64,000 bases of DNA from Marsupella aquatica (Eukaryota; Plantae; Marchantiophyta), in NCBI GenBank assembly GCA_973895155.1, contig OZ316895.1:18671880-18735879 (forward strand), written 5' to 3'. Shown piece after piece: positions 12,046 to 24,419 of the stretch (positions are counted from its first letter, which is position 1; each line of letters opens with the position of its first letter). A program made the translations under genes and the position numbers. The notes under the pieces are model-generated. The model made no database searches. It was not told where the DNA came from and was given only the letters and a program-made list of their open reading frames with translations.

Positions 12046-13680
12046 CCACGGGTCCTTATTCCGGGGACATGATGGTCCGACCCGTAGCCGGAGTCATCAT
12101 TGCCGTAGTCCTCCACCACCTCCTCCCCAAATTGGACTGGCGACTCCCCTCGCTGCTCTCCTGGTCTTGCTGTGAACACGGTTTCCTACCAATCATAGCT
12201 CACAGGTCCTAGTTCCTCCTCCAGCTTCCAGGCTGTCTTGTCCCTCTATTTCCCGTGAACAAGAGCCTTAGGCTGCCTTCCCTCGGCTTCTGGACTTGAG
12301 GCTCCTACATACATTCAAACCCTCGGCTCGTGTTCCGGCCTCCTTCTTTCCTTGGCTCCGGTAAAGGGGTTTTCCTTCATGAGTTGGCTTAGGCCGACCT
12401 TTGAAGTAGTGTCCTGTACCTGTGCCGTTGCTCGTTGCCATTCTCTTTTCCTTCTCCAGCAATTTCAGCAGATTCTGCATGCCTGGTTGCTGCATCGGCA
12501 AGTCTTATGTCCTTGGCCTAAACACCTACTCGATTGTAGGACTGTCGGGCTGGTTTGGTTTCTCTATTGTCGACCTCTATTCCGGATAGAGATAGAAACC
12601 CTTCCCATACACCCTTGTGGAATTGGTCTCGGGCTCCCATGCATGATCCCATGAATTCTAGTAAGTCTGAATCCGGCACCTTCGGTTTCAGCGATGGTAA
12701 CTTTACAAAGACTTCCAAGCCGGATCCGGCCATGAAACCCTGGTATTTCCGAGTCTGCATAGCTGTAAAGCATGCATCCTCTTCCCGTGCAAAGTGTCAT
12801 TGTTGGAACGACATTGATGGGGTCGACCTCCTCCTCTTTGGCTTCCGCCTGCCTCATGCTTCCCTGCTCTGCTGGTTTCCTGGGTGCCGCCGACCTTGTT
12901 CTTTTTGTAGGGGTGGCTTCTTCGTTGTTGTTCCCTTTCCTCTTCAGAGCGGCTGCCGTGGATGGTTCTCCTAGCACAGTTGCCTTTGTCCACCCCTCTG
13001 TGCTACCCTTCAACTCCCAATGTATGTCGTTGCAGCGGTTGATGGCCTCCCGGATGCCGACAATTCTGTTCTCGCAAAACAGAAGGTCGTCTAGCTCGTT
13101 GCCAGTAGGTGTCCACAGGAATTTGGCCTTGATGAGTTCTCCTCCTAAGAAAGCAGACTTTTGCAGCTCCCACAGTCAAGCGAGCTCGTGCCTTTCTTGA
13201 GCTGCTCTCTCCAATTCTTCATCTTTGTAGGTCCCAATGTACTCAGTTGCCCGTTCGAACAGGCATCCCCAAAAATGAGCAACTTGATTGACGTTGCTCA
13301 TACCCTTCTTGAGTTGATTGTCGGTATCTGCTCCCACCCCGAGTGCTTGCCTAAGCAGCTGACAATAGTTGGTCTCCCGTAGTCGTCTGCTTAGTTTGTG
13401 CTTGCAAATGAGCCACCATTCCTTGCGATCGGTCCTTACACCCCCCCTTTGCCCGGTCTTCCTTCCCCTTGGTTACCCATAGCCGCCGGTACTTAGCGCA
13501 CCCTAACCCTAATTGTGTTCCCTCCCCCGGCGTCCTTACTTCCGGCCTTGGCTCGGGTTCCATAGTCACCCTTAATTGTTTATATTTTCCAATTTTTTGT
13601 TACTATACTAATGTGTTTCCAGGGTACACTACTGATTTTACTATTTAAACTGGCCTAGTGATTCCTGGCTAGGCATCACA
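12046..13680 (-). repeat. Family B LTR copy 2 (terminal fragment, opposite orientation, two internal deletions)
   Basis: Ends GGCATCACA at 13680, as at 20418. Deletions near 12585 and 12797 relative to the other copies. Abuts the integrase of element A. Confidence 0.9.
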
Positions 13681-15722
13681 ATGCCCTAAATAGGGAGTGG
13701 ATGAAGTGTGGGTTGCCGAGATGTGAAAGAAGTCCTCACCCTATCACATTGTTCACACCGGGCAATAACGTCTCAAACCTGGCCATGCATGCCTCTCCAA
13801 TGATAATGAGGGACCAAGAGGCTGTAAGTCCTCTTAACGCCAAAATGACCAAGCTCAGAATGTACCTTATGGATAAGGCCAACCCTCTCATGAATGGGTG
13901 GAACCACCACTTCCCTGTCTGGCAAGCAACGCACGAGATGATCTCCCTTCCACAAGTAATGCTTGGACCTTTGCTGAATTTGGTCTCTCTGGATTGCAGT
14001 AACATGTATGGGGTACTCCCCATGTTGCAAAAATCTCAGAGTGTCATTGTCCTCCCATATGTCCATCACAGGTTGGTCAACAACATAGCATGGCAGCAAA
14101 GCAAGATAGGTAGATGCATAAAATGTAGGCAGGATAGAAACCTGGTCAAAATCCTGTCGTGCATCTGAGGAATCATTAGAGGCAATCAAAGCGCTGCGGG
14201 ACATAATGTCAGCATTTTGATGTGTCACACCAGGCCTATGAATTACCTCAAAATCATACTCCTAGAGTATGAGCGCCCAACGAGCAAGCTTGCCAGTAAG
14301 CTTGTCGTTGGTCATCAACCACTTCAAGGGCTGGTGGTCGGTGTAGAGAACAAACCTGGTCCCATAGAGGTAGGGCCTGTAATGTATGACAGCCCACACA
14401 ACAACAAGGCATTCACCCTCATAAGAAGAATAATGACTCTCTGCCTGATTGTTGCTCCTGGATGCCTATGGCAATGACGTACTCTTTACCTTCCTCATCA
14501 TGTTGGCCCAGAATGGCACCAATCCCAAAGGGCACTCCAATCTGTGTGGAGCACAAAGACCTTGTTGAAATTAGGTCTTCTCAGCACCGGGTATTCTGAC
14601 AGCTTGAACTCCTTCAAAGTGGCAAATGTTGCCTTAGCATCTGTACTCCATGTCCAAGTCACATTCTTTTTCAACAAAGAGTACAATGGGTGTGCAATGG
14701 TACTGAAATCTTTAATGTAGATCCGATAGTAATTGCACAACCCAATAAAGCTCCTAAGAGTGTGAACATCAATAGGAGTGGGCATTTCCAAGATGGATAC
14801 CACCTTGGCCCAGTGAGCCATGGTTCCATTTGGAAGAATGCGATGCCCAAGATATACTACTGATCTGACAACAAATTCACACTTCTTGGGGTGTATCTTT
14901 AGGTTCACCTTCTTAAGCCTCATGAATAGCTCCTCAAGGTCAAGTAGATGCTGGTCAAATCCTTTGCAGTGGACCAACACATCATCAATGTAGCATTTCA
15001 GAAACTCAGCACCTTGAAGAACCTGGTCCATGACTCTTTGAAAGAATATGGGCGCATTCTTCAAGCCAAATGGCATCACCAACCACTCCCATAGTTGGTT
15101 ACTACCATGGAAAGCTGTTTTCTTGCGGTCCTTTGCAAGCAGCAAAATCTGGTTAAAGTCTTGCCTTAGATCCACAAGAGTGAAGATGTCTGAGTCTCCA
15201 ATGCTGTCAAATAGCTCCTCTGGCCGTGGCATGGGGTACCTGTCCTGGGGTATGACCAGGTTCAGTGGCCTGTAGTCCCCACACATGCACTTCTCTATCC
15301 ACAATCCACTGGAATCATTCTTTGCTGGCATCACTGTAGCTACTGCAAAATCTGATGTAGATGGTTGAATAAGACCAGCTTCATAGAGCTCTTGGCACCT
15401 CTCATCCACCAGTTGCCACTCATGCTTACTCAAACGGTGTCTCCACCTGAGATAGGTGTTTCATCAGCCAACTCAATGGAGAACTGCATAGTCTTGCACT
15501 TACCCAAGTCCTTCATAGAGAAAGCAAACACATTCTCATGCTCGAGGAGCAAATTCAACAGCTGTTCCTTCTGTCTTTTACTCAGGTGGTTGCCCATGAT
15601 GAACGTGTAGTTGGAAACACTAGGAATAGGACCTGATGTACTCGTGCTTGAAGAGCCAGAAGTGCCAGCTTCTCCACTGTCCAAGCTCCTAGCATGTTGT
15701 TGATAAGGTGATGAGGCCTCTC
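13681..15722 (-). pseudogene. Element A pol: RT, RNase H and integrase N-terminal zinc-binding domain
   Basis: CGDYRPLN, MPFGLKNAP, YIDDVLV, LHTDWSA, HSELGHFG..YHWRGM; frameshifts near 15440, 14520 and 13780. Confidence 0.92.
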
Positions 15723-18700
15723 TGTGGTGCGTCCCATGGCTCCCTAAACCCAAGAAACCCCTCTGCACAAGCCGATTCCCGCAGGTTTAGCTCTTGGCGA
15801 GGCGGATTTTGCGGCTTAGCGGCATGGGACGCTGCTAACTTCCTTCTACTATTATTACTATTAACATTTTACTCACAGATACTGGACAGATCCTTCATCG
15901 GGTCATGAGATACGTAGCCAACCTATTCTAGGCCTTCCCTTGTCCTCCTCTCTTGGCTTTCCTTTAGGTATGTTTGGATTCCACCGCCGGAATGATCCCC
16001 AACTGGCTTGGGTAAGCCGCTAAGACCTCTCTCAGCTTGACACATCCAACTCTTACTACCTCGCTTACTCCCTTCTTGGTTGATGTGGGCAATCTTTAAA
16101 CAGGTTAATGCGACACACAAATAGCAAAATGACTCCTTCTGACTGAGTTATACCATGCACTTGCCATACAAACAGTACTTCTCATATACAAGATCTACAA
16201 ACTAAGCCGTGAGGCCAACTCTATTCATCTCTTAGGTATGAGGAAACATGACTATACACAAGGGTCACAGTATAACTAACTGAGAGCTTCTTTAACTACT
16301 TGATCCCAGCCCTGCTGGTGCACTAAAAACTTGCTAAGGAAGAAGGCCCTTAACTCCTCGCTGCCCAGGTACTTATCCTGGCAGTGGACCCGCCTAATTC
16401 CTTGCAGCATAATCCTAATCTACCTAACTATAATCTACCTATGTACAGCGAGGCAGGAGCACAAGTGTTGCTCTTACCAGTGGATCCGCAATCCCACTAA
16501 GCTAAGTGTCAGGGCCGCCCCTTGGTCCTGATCCTAATACTAAACTTGGAGATCTGAGCGCGCCCTGCCCACTCACGCCTCCTTCCTCCATGTCCGCCCT
16601 CCTTAAAAGGAGCGGCCCTCCACCACCGTCATGGCAACGGTGTCTGGTCCTCAATGGACGCCCCCAATGCTTCCTCCGCAGCCACTATTGTAGGTCCGTT
16701 CTTTGACAAATTACCTGCTCTGGATCGAGTCAACTCTCCATCGGCCTGACTGGGTCCACCCTTGGCTTCGGCCTCAGCATCGGCCACGGCCTCAGATACG
16801 GTTACGGCCTCCCTGGCATGCTCTAGTGGTGGATCCGGTACCCTGGCTTCATCACCGAGTATCCTGGCCTCGACTTTGCCATCCCCGCCTTCTAGGGCAA
16901 TTGGATCCTCTGTCGTGACCCTGCCTGAGGTTGGTGTTGGGTTTACCTCCTTGGTCACGACGGCTTGAGGAGTCATATTACTCCCTGACCCAGAAGGTTT
17001 CCGCTTCTTCTTCTTCCTTGGTTCGGCAGCTGGCCCCTTCCCCTTGCCACTTACCTCCGACACCGGTGTGAGTGTCTTGGCTTATCCTTTGGCCAGTACT
17101 ACTCCTGGCAACTTGGTTGCCCCAATTGGAGTTGGACCTGAGGAAGCTAAGCACTTAAATACTGCGGCCTGTTTCTTCAGCCGCTCCGTTTGGTTGTCGG
17201 CTTGCCGCTATATGTTCTCCATCTTCCGCGTGCTTTCCTCCAACTCCTTCTGCAATTCATCCAGGTCCTTGCGCGCCTTGTCCCGCTCCTTCTGGGCTTC
17301 CTCCAATTCCTTCTTTAAGGTAGCCCTCTCCTCCTGAGTTGCTCTCAGCTCCTTGTCGAGCTCCGTAACGACCTCAGACTCCATTTTATTCATCTTGGCA
17401 TAAGTCTGATCAAGCTAGTCGTCTTTCTCACGCAGGTCGGCCTTGAAGCTGGCCGTCAGGGATGCAAGCTCCTGCCGCAGCATGATAATCGCCTGATAGG
17501 ATTTCCCTAACTCGGCCTCCTTCTGCTCAAGGGCTCCGCGGATATCCTTGAGTTCTCCCTTCAGCACCCTTTCCCCTCTATGAGTTTCCGCCATGGCCCG
17601 ATTGTTGGCTGCGATGTGGGCCTCCTCTGCGTCTCTCAGCTCTCGCTTCCACTTCTCCTTCTCCTTGATCAAATCGGCCAACTCTCCTTGGGTCCGAGTC
17701 AGTTTATCCTTGATAATCTGATTATCACACTGCGCGGTATCCAATTGCCCCTGCATGATGTTGAGCTCATGCCGCTTAATCTGCAGCTCATCTTGGGCTT
17801 TCTTGGCCGCCTTCAGGTCTTCTACCTCGGCTTCCCTGGCCCTAAGCTGACGGATGACCTCGTCCTTCTTGCTTCTCTCCAAAGCCACCGCTTCTTCTAA
17901 TCGGCGCTTCTCCAACATTTCCCTCTGGAAAAAGGGTCCTTGCTCCAACTCCTCCCCAAAGATGTTGAGCGCAAGTTCCCCACACATCTCCCCGTACTCC
18001 ATGGCTCGTTTTTTAGCATAGGCGGAGTGAGTAGAAGTCATCGGCATTATCCACCGCAGCCTTTTTTCCCAAGCCGCCTTGCGGATTTTTTCTGTCGTGG
18101 CTGCAGGGCTGTTTTGTTTTTCTGCAAGCCGCCTGATGTCCTCTGGCCATTCTCCTCCTGGTAAATCTTTCTCCCTAGCCATGGCTGCCTCTTCTTCCTC
18201 CCTGAGTCGTTCCTGAAACTCCTGTGCCATCTGTTTTATGACGTCAAAGCACGGGGGAGCGACATCTGGTGGGGGAGACTCGGGGTTGCTCTGTTGGGTT
18301 GGGTCCCCTCGAACTACTCTTGGAAGAGTGGGGATGAACCTGCCACAGGTCCTTATGCCAAAGTCATCATTGTCGTAGCCTTCTACCGCCTCCTCCTCGG
18401 CTTGGAGTACCGGCTCCCCCCGCTACTGTCCTGGTCTTGCCGTGAACACGGCCTCACAAATCACGGGTCCTGGTTCCTCTGGCTTCCACGTTGATCTCAT
18501 CTTCTCCCTGTCGCGACCAAGAGCTTTGGGCTGCTTTTCCTCGGCTTCAGGACTTGAAGCTCCTACATACATTCAGACTCCCAGCTCGTGTTTTGGCCTC
18601 CTTCTCTCCTTGACCCCGGTAAAGGGGTTTTCCCTGGTAAGTTGGCTATTAAGGCTGACTTTGGGAGCAGTATTTAGTACCGGTCCCGTTGCCGTTGCCA

Positions 18701-20418
18701 TTCTCCTTTCCTTCTCCAGCAATTTCAGCAGATTCTGCATGCCTGGTTGCTGCATCGGCAAGTCCTCCTTCCTTGGCCTAAACACTTGCTCGATTGTAGG
18801 ACTGTCGGGCTGGGTCGGTTTCTCTATTGTCGGCCTTGGTTCCGGAACCTCCTCTGGTGCTCTTGCCTGCAGGGGCAGTACCGGGGCGAATATCTGACTT
18901 CGGGCATACCGGCACAACAACGGCATATGATAACCAAGCCGGGACACGCTTCCCATGCCGATCACCAACTGTTCCTCCTTCAAGATCTTCTTTAATTGGG
19001 TGAGGAGGTACCCATTGTAGTCTCAGCTTGGGTCTGGCTTCTCCGCCAGATAGATCTGTGCCTTGCCAATCTCTGCCCTCGGCAAGTTGCAATGCATGGT
19101 CACCCGCAAGAAATCGATCATTTCTCCTATGTGCGGGTTTGTGCAGGTGTTTCGAAAGAAGCCATTCTTTGTTGATGGCCCTGGAAATGACCGGAACTCC
19201 TTGTCTGGCAAGGTCTTCCTTGTATCTACTTTGGTCTTATTGCCCATCGGCAAGCCAAACACTTCGGCAATCACCCGGGGAGTGAGATAGAAATCCTTCC
19301 CATATACCCTTGTGGAATTGGTCTCAGGCTCCCATGATCCCACAAATTCTAGTAAGTCTGAATCCGGCACCTTCGACTTCAGCCATGGTAACTTTACGAA
19401 GGCTTCCAAGCCAGATCCGGCCATGAAGCCCTGGTATTTCCAAGTCTGCATAGCCGTAAAGCATGCATCCTCTTCCCGTGCAAAGTGTAATTGCACTTCC
19501 TTGGGGAGGGTTGCCGCCCAGCCTTTCCAAGTGTCATCTCTTGTTGGAACAGCATTGATGGGGTCAGCCTCCTCCTCTTTGGCTTCCGCCTGCCTCCTGC
19601 TTCCCTGCTCTACTGGTTTCCTGGGTGCCGCCGACCTCATTCTTTTTGCAAGGGTGGCTTCTTTGTTATTGTTCCCTTTCCTCTTCATAGCGGCTGTCGT
19701 GGATGTTTCTCCTAGCACGGTTGCCTTCGTCCACCCCTCCGTGCTACCCTTCAACTCCCAGTGTATGTCATTGCAGCGGTTGATGGCCTCTCGGATGCCG
19801 ACTATTCTGTTCTCACAAAACAAAAGATCCTCAAGTTCGTCGGCAGTAGGCGTCCACAAGAATTCAGCCGTAATGAGTTCTCCTCCTAAGAAGGCAAACT
19901 TCTGTAGCTCCCACAGCCAAGCGAGCTCCTGCAGTTCTCGAGCCGCTCTCTCCGATTCTTTGTCCTCGTAGGTCCCAATGTACTCAGTTGCCCGTTCGAA
20001 CAGGCATCCCCAAAAATGAGCAGCTTGATTGACGTTGCTCATACCCTTCTTGAGTTGATTGTCGGTATCTTCTTCCACCCCAAGTGCTTGCCTGAGTAGC
20101 GGACAGTAGTTGGCCTCCCGTAGTCGTCCGCTTGGCTCGTGCTTGCAAATGAGCCGCCATTCCTTGCGATCGGTCCTTACCCCCCCTGGCTGGTCTTCCT
20201 TCCCGTTGGTTACCCATAGCCGCCGGTACTTAGCGCGCCCTAACCCTAATCATGTTCCCTCCCCCGACGTCCTTACTTTCGGCCTTGGCTTGGGTTCCAT
20301 AGTCACCCTTAATTGTTTATATTTTCCCTGTTTTTGTTACTATACTAAGGTATTTCCTAGGGTACACTCTTGATTTTACTATTTAAACTGGCCTAATGAT
20401 TCCTGGCTAGGCATCACA
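15723..20418. repeat. Family B solo LTR, complete, 4696 bp
   Basis: TGTG(G/A)TGC...GCATCACA terminal inverted repeat; perfect TSD CTCTC (15718-15722 and 20419-20423); no gag/pol inside. Confidence 0.9.
16629..20300 (-). pseudogene. LTR-internal ORF-B (about 1220 codons), homologous to ORF-C, with a long C-terminal coiled coil
   Basis: Chain of minus-strand ORFs from the ATG at 20300 (MEPKPRP) to EDQTPLP-stop. Motif LPW..DLLEFVGSW..TRVYGKDFYLT..VFGLPMG. Lesions mostly differ among the four copies. Confidence 0.82.
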
Positions 20419-20423
20419 CTCTC

Positions 20424-21281
20424 CAAGGCCTGTTGTACCTGTTGATCTGGGTTGGTCCACACCATGAAACTCAGAAATATTGTCAGCCACGTTACAAGGG
20501 ACCTCTTCCCCCTCAACACTTGGACTGAAGCGGTGAGTGTTGAATAGAGGTTACAAGTGCACCTGGTCTGGATGCCATGTAGCAGCACCATGGAGTGGTA
20601 GAGCTGGAACTCCTGATGCTGGATGAATGTACATCTGAAAAAGGATGCAAGTGACCAGAAGCCAAGTGAGAGCATTGAGATCCATTACCCTGCCAAGTAA
20701 AGCATTCCTGGCCAGCCTGGTGATCTTGGTGTGACCTGTAGTACCAGGTTGGAAGCCCATAGCCCGTTCTCTCTCCTCAGGACTAGGTTCATCCCATATA
20801 CCGGTAGAATGTCGATAAACCAGGCCAGGACCATCACCCTGAAAAGCATGTGCACCTGGAAAGGACACAAATGTAGGCCAAGCAGCACGGGGCTCTCCAA
20901 TGGTATTGGCTGGATACCAAGGGGCTGGCTCTTGCTGTGTAACTGGTTGGCAAGAACTGTCAGGATCCAAAATCTGGTCCATTGTGAGGTTAGTGTCCCT
21001 GGATGTGTGATGAAGAGCTAACTCCAACAAGATAGGTGGTGCAAGGTTAGCCCAAAAGTTACGAAGACGATGTGCATAAGAACCACAGTGCACTGCATCA
21101 ATGAGAAGGGGTGGTCCCAAGTAGTGCTGGACCACACTGAAATCCTCTTTGACTTGTGGATGCTGGTCAAACTGAGAGGGAGTATTCTCAATGATATAAC
21201 CAATAGCAGGGTAAAGGGATTGAGCCCAGGTGAGAACTTGAACCAATGCTGTGAAAAGGCCAGAACAAGAATCATGCAGTC
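20424..21281 (-). pseudogene. Element A DNMT domain, C-terminal half (motifs VI, VIII, IX, X) plus linker to RT
   Basis: YIIENT (VI), GSYAHRLRNFWANL (VIII), EERERAMGF (IX), RLARNALLGRVM (X); closely resembles DNMT3 SAAHRARYFWGNL and RLARQRLLGRSW. Confidence 0.9.
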
Positions 21282-24200
21282 TGTCAAACACTTGTCAAGG
21301 AGCTTAAGCGGCTTTTCTCCCCAAAAGACTACCTAATACCTGCTCCATATCATACCAGGGTCACAAAGGATTGACAAAACTTCTGAAATGTGCCTACAAT
21401 GACTAATCACTCCATACATAAGTAGTTTCAACTCTCCACTTCTAGAGAGGTAGTCCCCTTGACTACTTTTGTACTCACACCCTTCCCCTCTCCTCTACTC
21501 CAAGGATCAGCAAAGGGGATCTCCGCTCCAAGCTGTCACCTTAGAGAAGAGTCTCATACAAACACCCAAGAACCAAAGTACTTTCCTCTTCAAGCTTAAG
21601 TCTCCTCAAGACCCTCAAAGTAGTGTTACCCCTCAACCTTGCCCCCCTGGCCTTGGTTTGGGTCCACACATCCCCTTTGAGCTCTAGAGAAGGCTCCTCT
21701 ATCTAAGGACTCTTCCTCTTGTTCTTACTTCTTGTTAACACCACACACCAAGCAAAATACTTTCCACCCTCAAGCTATAATCCTCTCTAAGTCTCAAAGT
21801 AGTGCTATACCTTAACCTTGCCTCCTTGGCCTTGGTTTTGTACTAGCACATCCCCTTCAAGCTTAGACCAAGATTACATCATAGCATGGACTCTTCTCTT
21901 GCTATCATATACTTCAAATGCACTCACACTTAATGGTCACAATGAAGATTGGCAAGTCTCCTTTTATTGCATCACCTTTACAACAAAAGTTCACTACACA
22001 TTCTCCACACTAAGCATGGACCACCTCTCCCTTCTCAAGCTTAGCCCTACCTTGACAAGGTAGAGATTCCACTTAAGAGATGAGACTCCCGGTCCCTAAC
22101 AAAGGAAAACTTTCTCCTTATATACTATTCTCCTTCCACACCACACCAAGCTTGACCTAGGGTCCAACTACTCCTCCCCCAAGTCCTCCTAACACACAAA
22201 GTCCAACTCTATAATTTGTAGCTCACTCTACAACCTATTGCTTGACTCCTTCCAAGCCCTGGAATATGCCACACATGAGTTGCATGCTTTGACCTCCAAA
22301 CCTGCTCTTACTTATGGTCCTCCTCACCAGCTTCCCAACCCACTTGAAAGCTCGCAAAAAGAGTGAGTGCGTCTCAAGTTGTGTCATGTCAAAGTTGGCT
22401 CCTTATTTACTAGTTCTTACTTACTACCCCGACCTATCAACTTACTTTCCTTACCCTAACGTCCTTGCACCTTTACCCTGAGGTACTCTCTTCTCCATGT
22501 ATCCTAACTTGGGTGACACGGGTGCAAGAAGTGTCGGCCTAAAAACCTGGTCTTACTTCCCCCATGCCAACTCCCGTTTGCATGCTATGGGGACCCCCTC
22601 GTGGCCTCCGCTAAAAATATATTTGAGTGATTATTTTTGGGGTTTCCACCTTCACCAAGGGGTGCCTTACCTTCCCCTAACTCAGCACAAAAAAAATTGG
22701 GCCCCAACGGATACCCCTAGCCAAAGTTATGTCCATTCTCCCAATGCCTGTTTTTGGTGTAAAGCGGGTGTAAGCGGCGACCCAATTATACTTGAACCTT
22801 ACACGCCCCTTATGGGGATTCCACGTGTCATGAGGGGAGAGTACTCTCATTATACTCACGTTTCTTATGAAGAAGATTGATAAGGACACCAATTTTTGTA
22901 GCATTTTCCTCTCTCTTGAATTCAATCTGAAACAACAGCATTCTCTATTGCATCGAATGACAGCAGGTCAATTGATAGCTCAGCCAGGTCTACAACACCC
23001 TTCTCAGTCCACCTCCATAGCCATCCAGCCTTGCAAGTGATTCAAAATCGCAGCAGAATTTTGCAGCAGCCATAGCCCACCAATTCGTAGCTTGCAGCAC
23101 AACAGCACAGCAGCAGATTCGAAGCATAGCAGCTGATTCGAAGCACAGCAGCAGTAGCCATAGCTTGATTCCTTCTCAACAACTAGCTCTATTCCAATCA
23201 CTTAGCCAAGCAGGTCTCTCTTCTCAATTTCGTAGCTGCCCACCTCTGTAATTTCGCAGCTAGCAGCAGCATCCATCAATTCAACAGCATCAAGGCAGCA
23301 GCCAGCCAATTCTCGTGAGCATCTCATGCCTGATTAATAGCAGCACATCTAATCTATTGTGCCGCTGCCATAGCAGCAAGCAACCTTCCTAATTCAAAGC
23401 CAGCCTCCCTATTCCAATTAGCAGCCATAGCTCACAATTCAATTTCACAGTAGCAGTTGGGTCAAGTCCTTCTCAGCAGCAACTAGCTCAATTCAATCCT
23501 GCACCTGCCTCTCCAGATCAAGAGTGACCTATTTTGATGAGCACCAGCACTTCAATTAGCCCACCTCGTGCATTCCTGCCCATGTCGTGCTTGCCTGACC
23601 TCGTGCTAGTCTGGTCGCAGCCGCGTCGACGCGTTTTGACACTTAGAAAAATTTCGTTTTCCTCTCAGGAGAAACAGTTATACTGGCCCCTCTTGAAGGC
23701 CATGCCATAATTCACTCAAATATCCAAACGTACTTCTGAGCACATTTCTGGAATCCTTGGACATAGGACTCACTCCTAAATTTATCAAACTCTCTAAACA
23801 CTCCATAACGACTTTTCTAAAAATACATAAGTTTGACCATATCTATTAAAGCGCATTACTATTCCCAATCTTTGAGGTGTTCCCAAAAAGTAACAAAAGG
23901 CGACAAATTATTTCTGAGACAATCCAGGGATTAATATGGTCTATACTAAACTCAATTCTAACCTCGAACCCACAAAATTTACCCCTTGGCTATTTTCTCT
24001 GGGCCCGCTAGTTGGTTATTTTAATTTCTGTCAAAATACTCACAACTCCTAGGTTGAGACCCCACTTGACTTCATACTTTTTCAGGGTTCCCTAGGGACC
24101 TCCCAGCACCCATGGGAGAAATATCAGCCAAAAATAAGATGTCAGGTGTCGGGTCATTTTCCGGTCCCGACTTAGTCGCCTATCCTAACTAAGGGTGGAA

Positions 24201-24419
24201 TATTTGTTGCCTACCAAAATCACATTACTTATCCCTTTACATCTTCTTAGAACAACACATTTTCTCCCTTCCATGATTTCCTACTAGCCTTTCCTAGTGA
24301 CTTAGGGTTGCAAACCCTAAGTACTTTGCTAACACTACAACAACTTTCTTACTATTCCTTGTACAAACAACAAAAAAATTGACAAGTTCCTTACATACCC
24401 TATATTGAGCCGGTCCACA
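21282..24419. repeat. Family D solo LTR (3138 bp) inserted in the DNMT domain
   Basis: TGT...ACA ends; TSD CAGTC/CAATC (4 of 5 match); excision restores GHGVGL-HDSCSGLF in frame; no long ORF. Confidence 0.82.

Noticed and set aside
24301-24321. Telomere-like TTAGGG/AAACCCTAA palindrome (similar one near 58846)
   Set aside because: Single units inside LTR sequence, not telomeric arrays.
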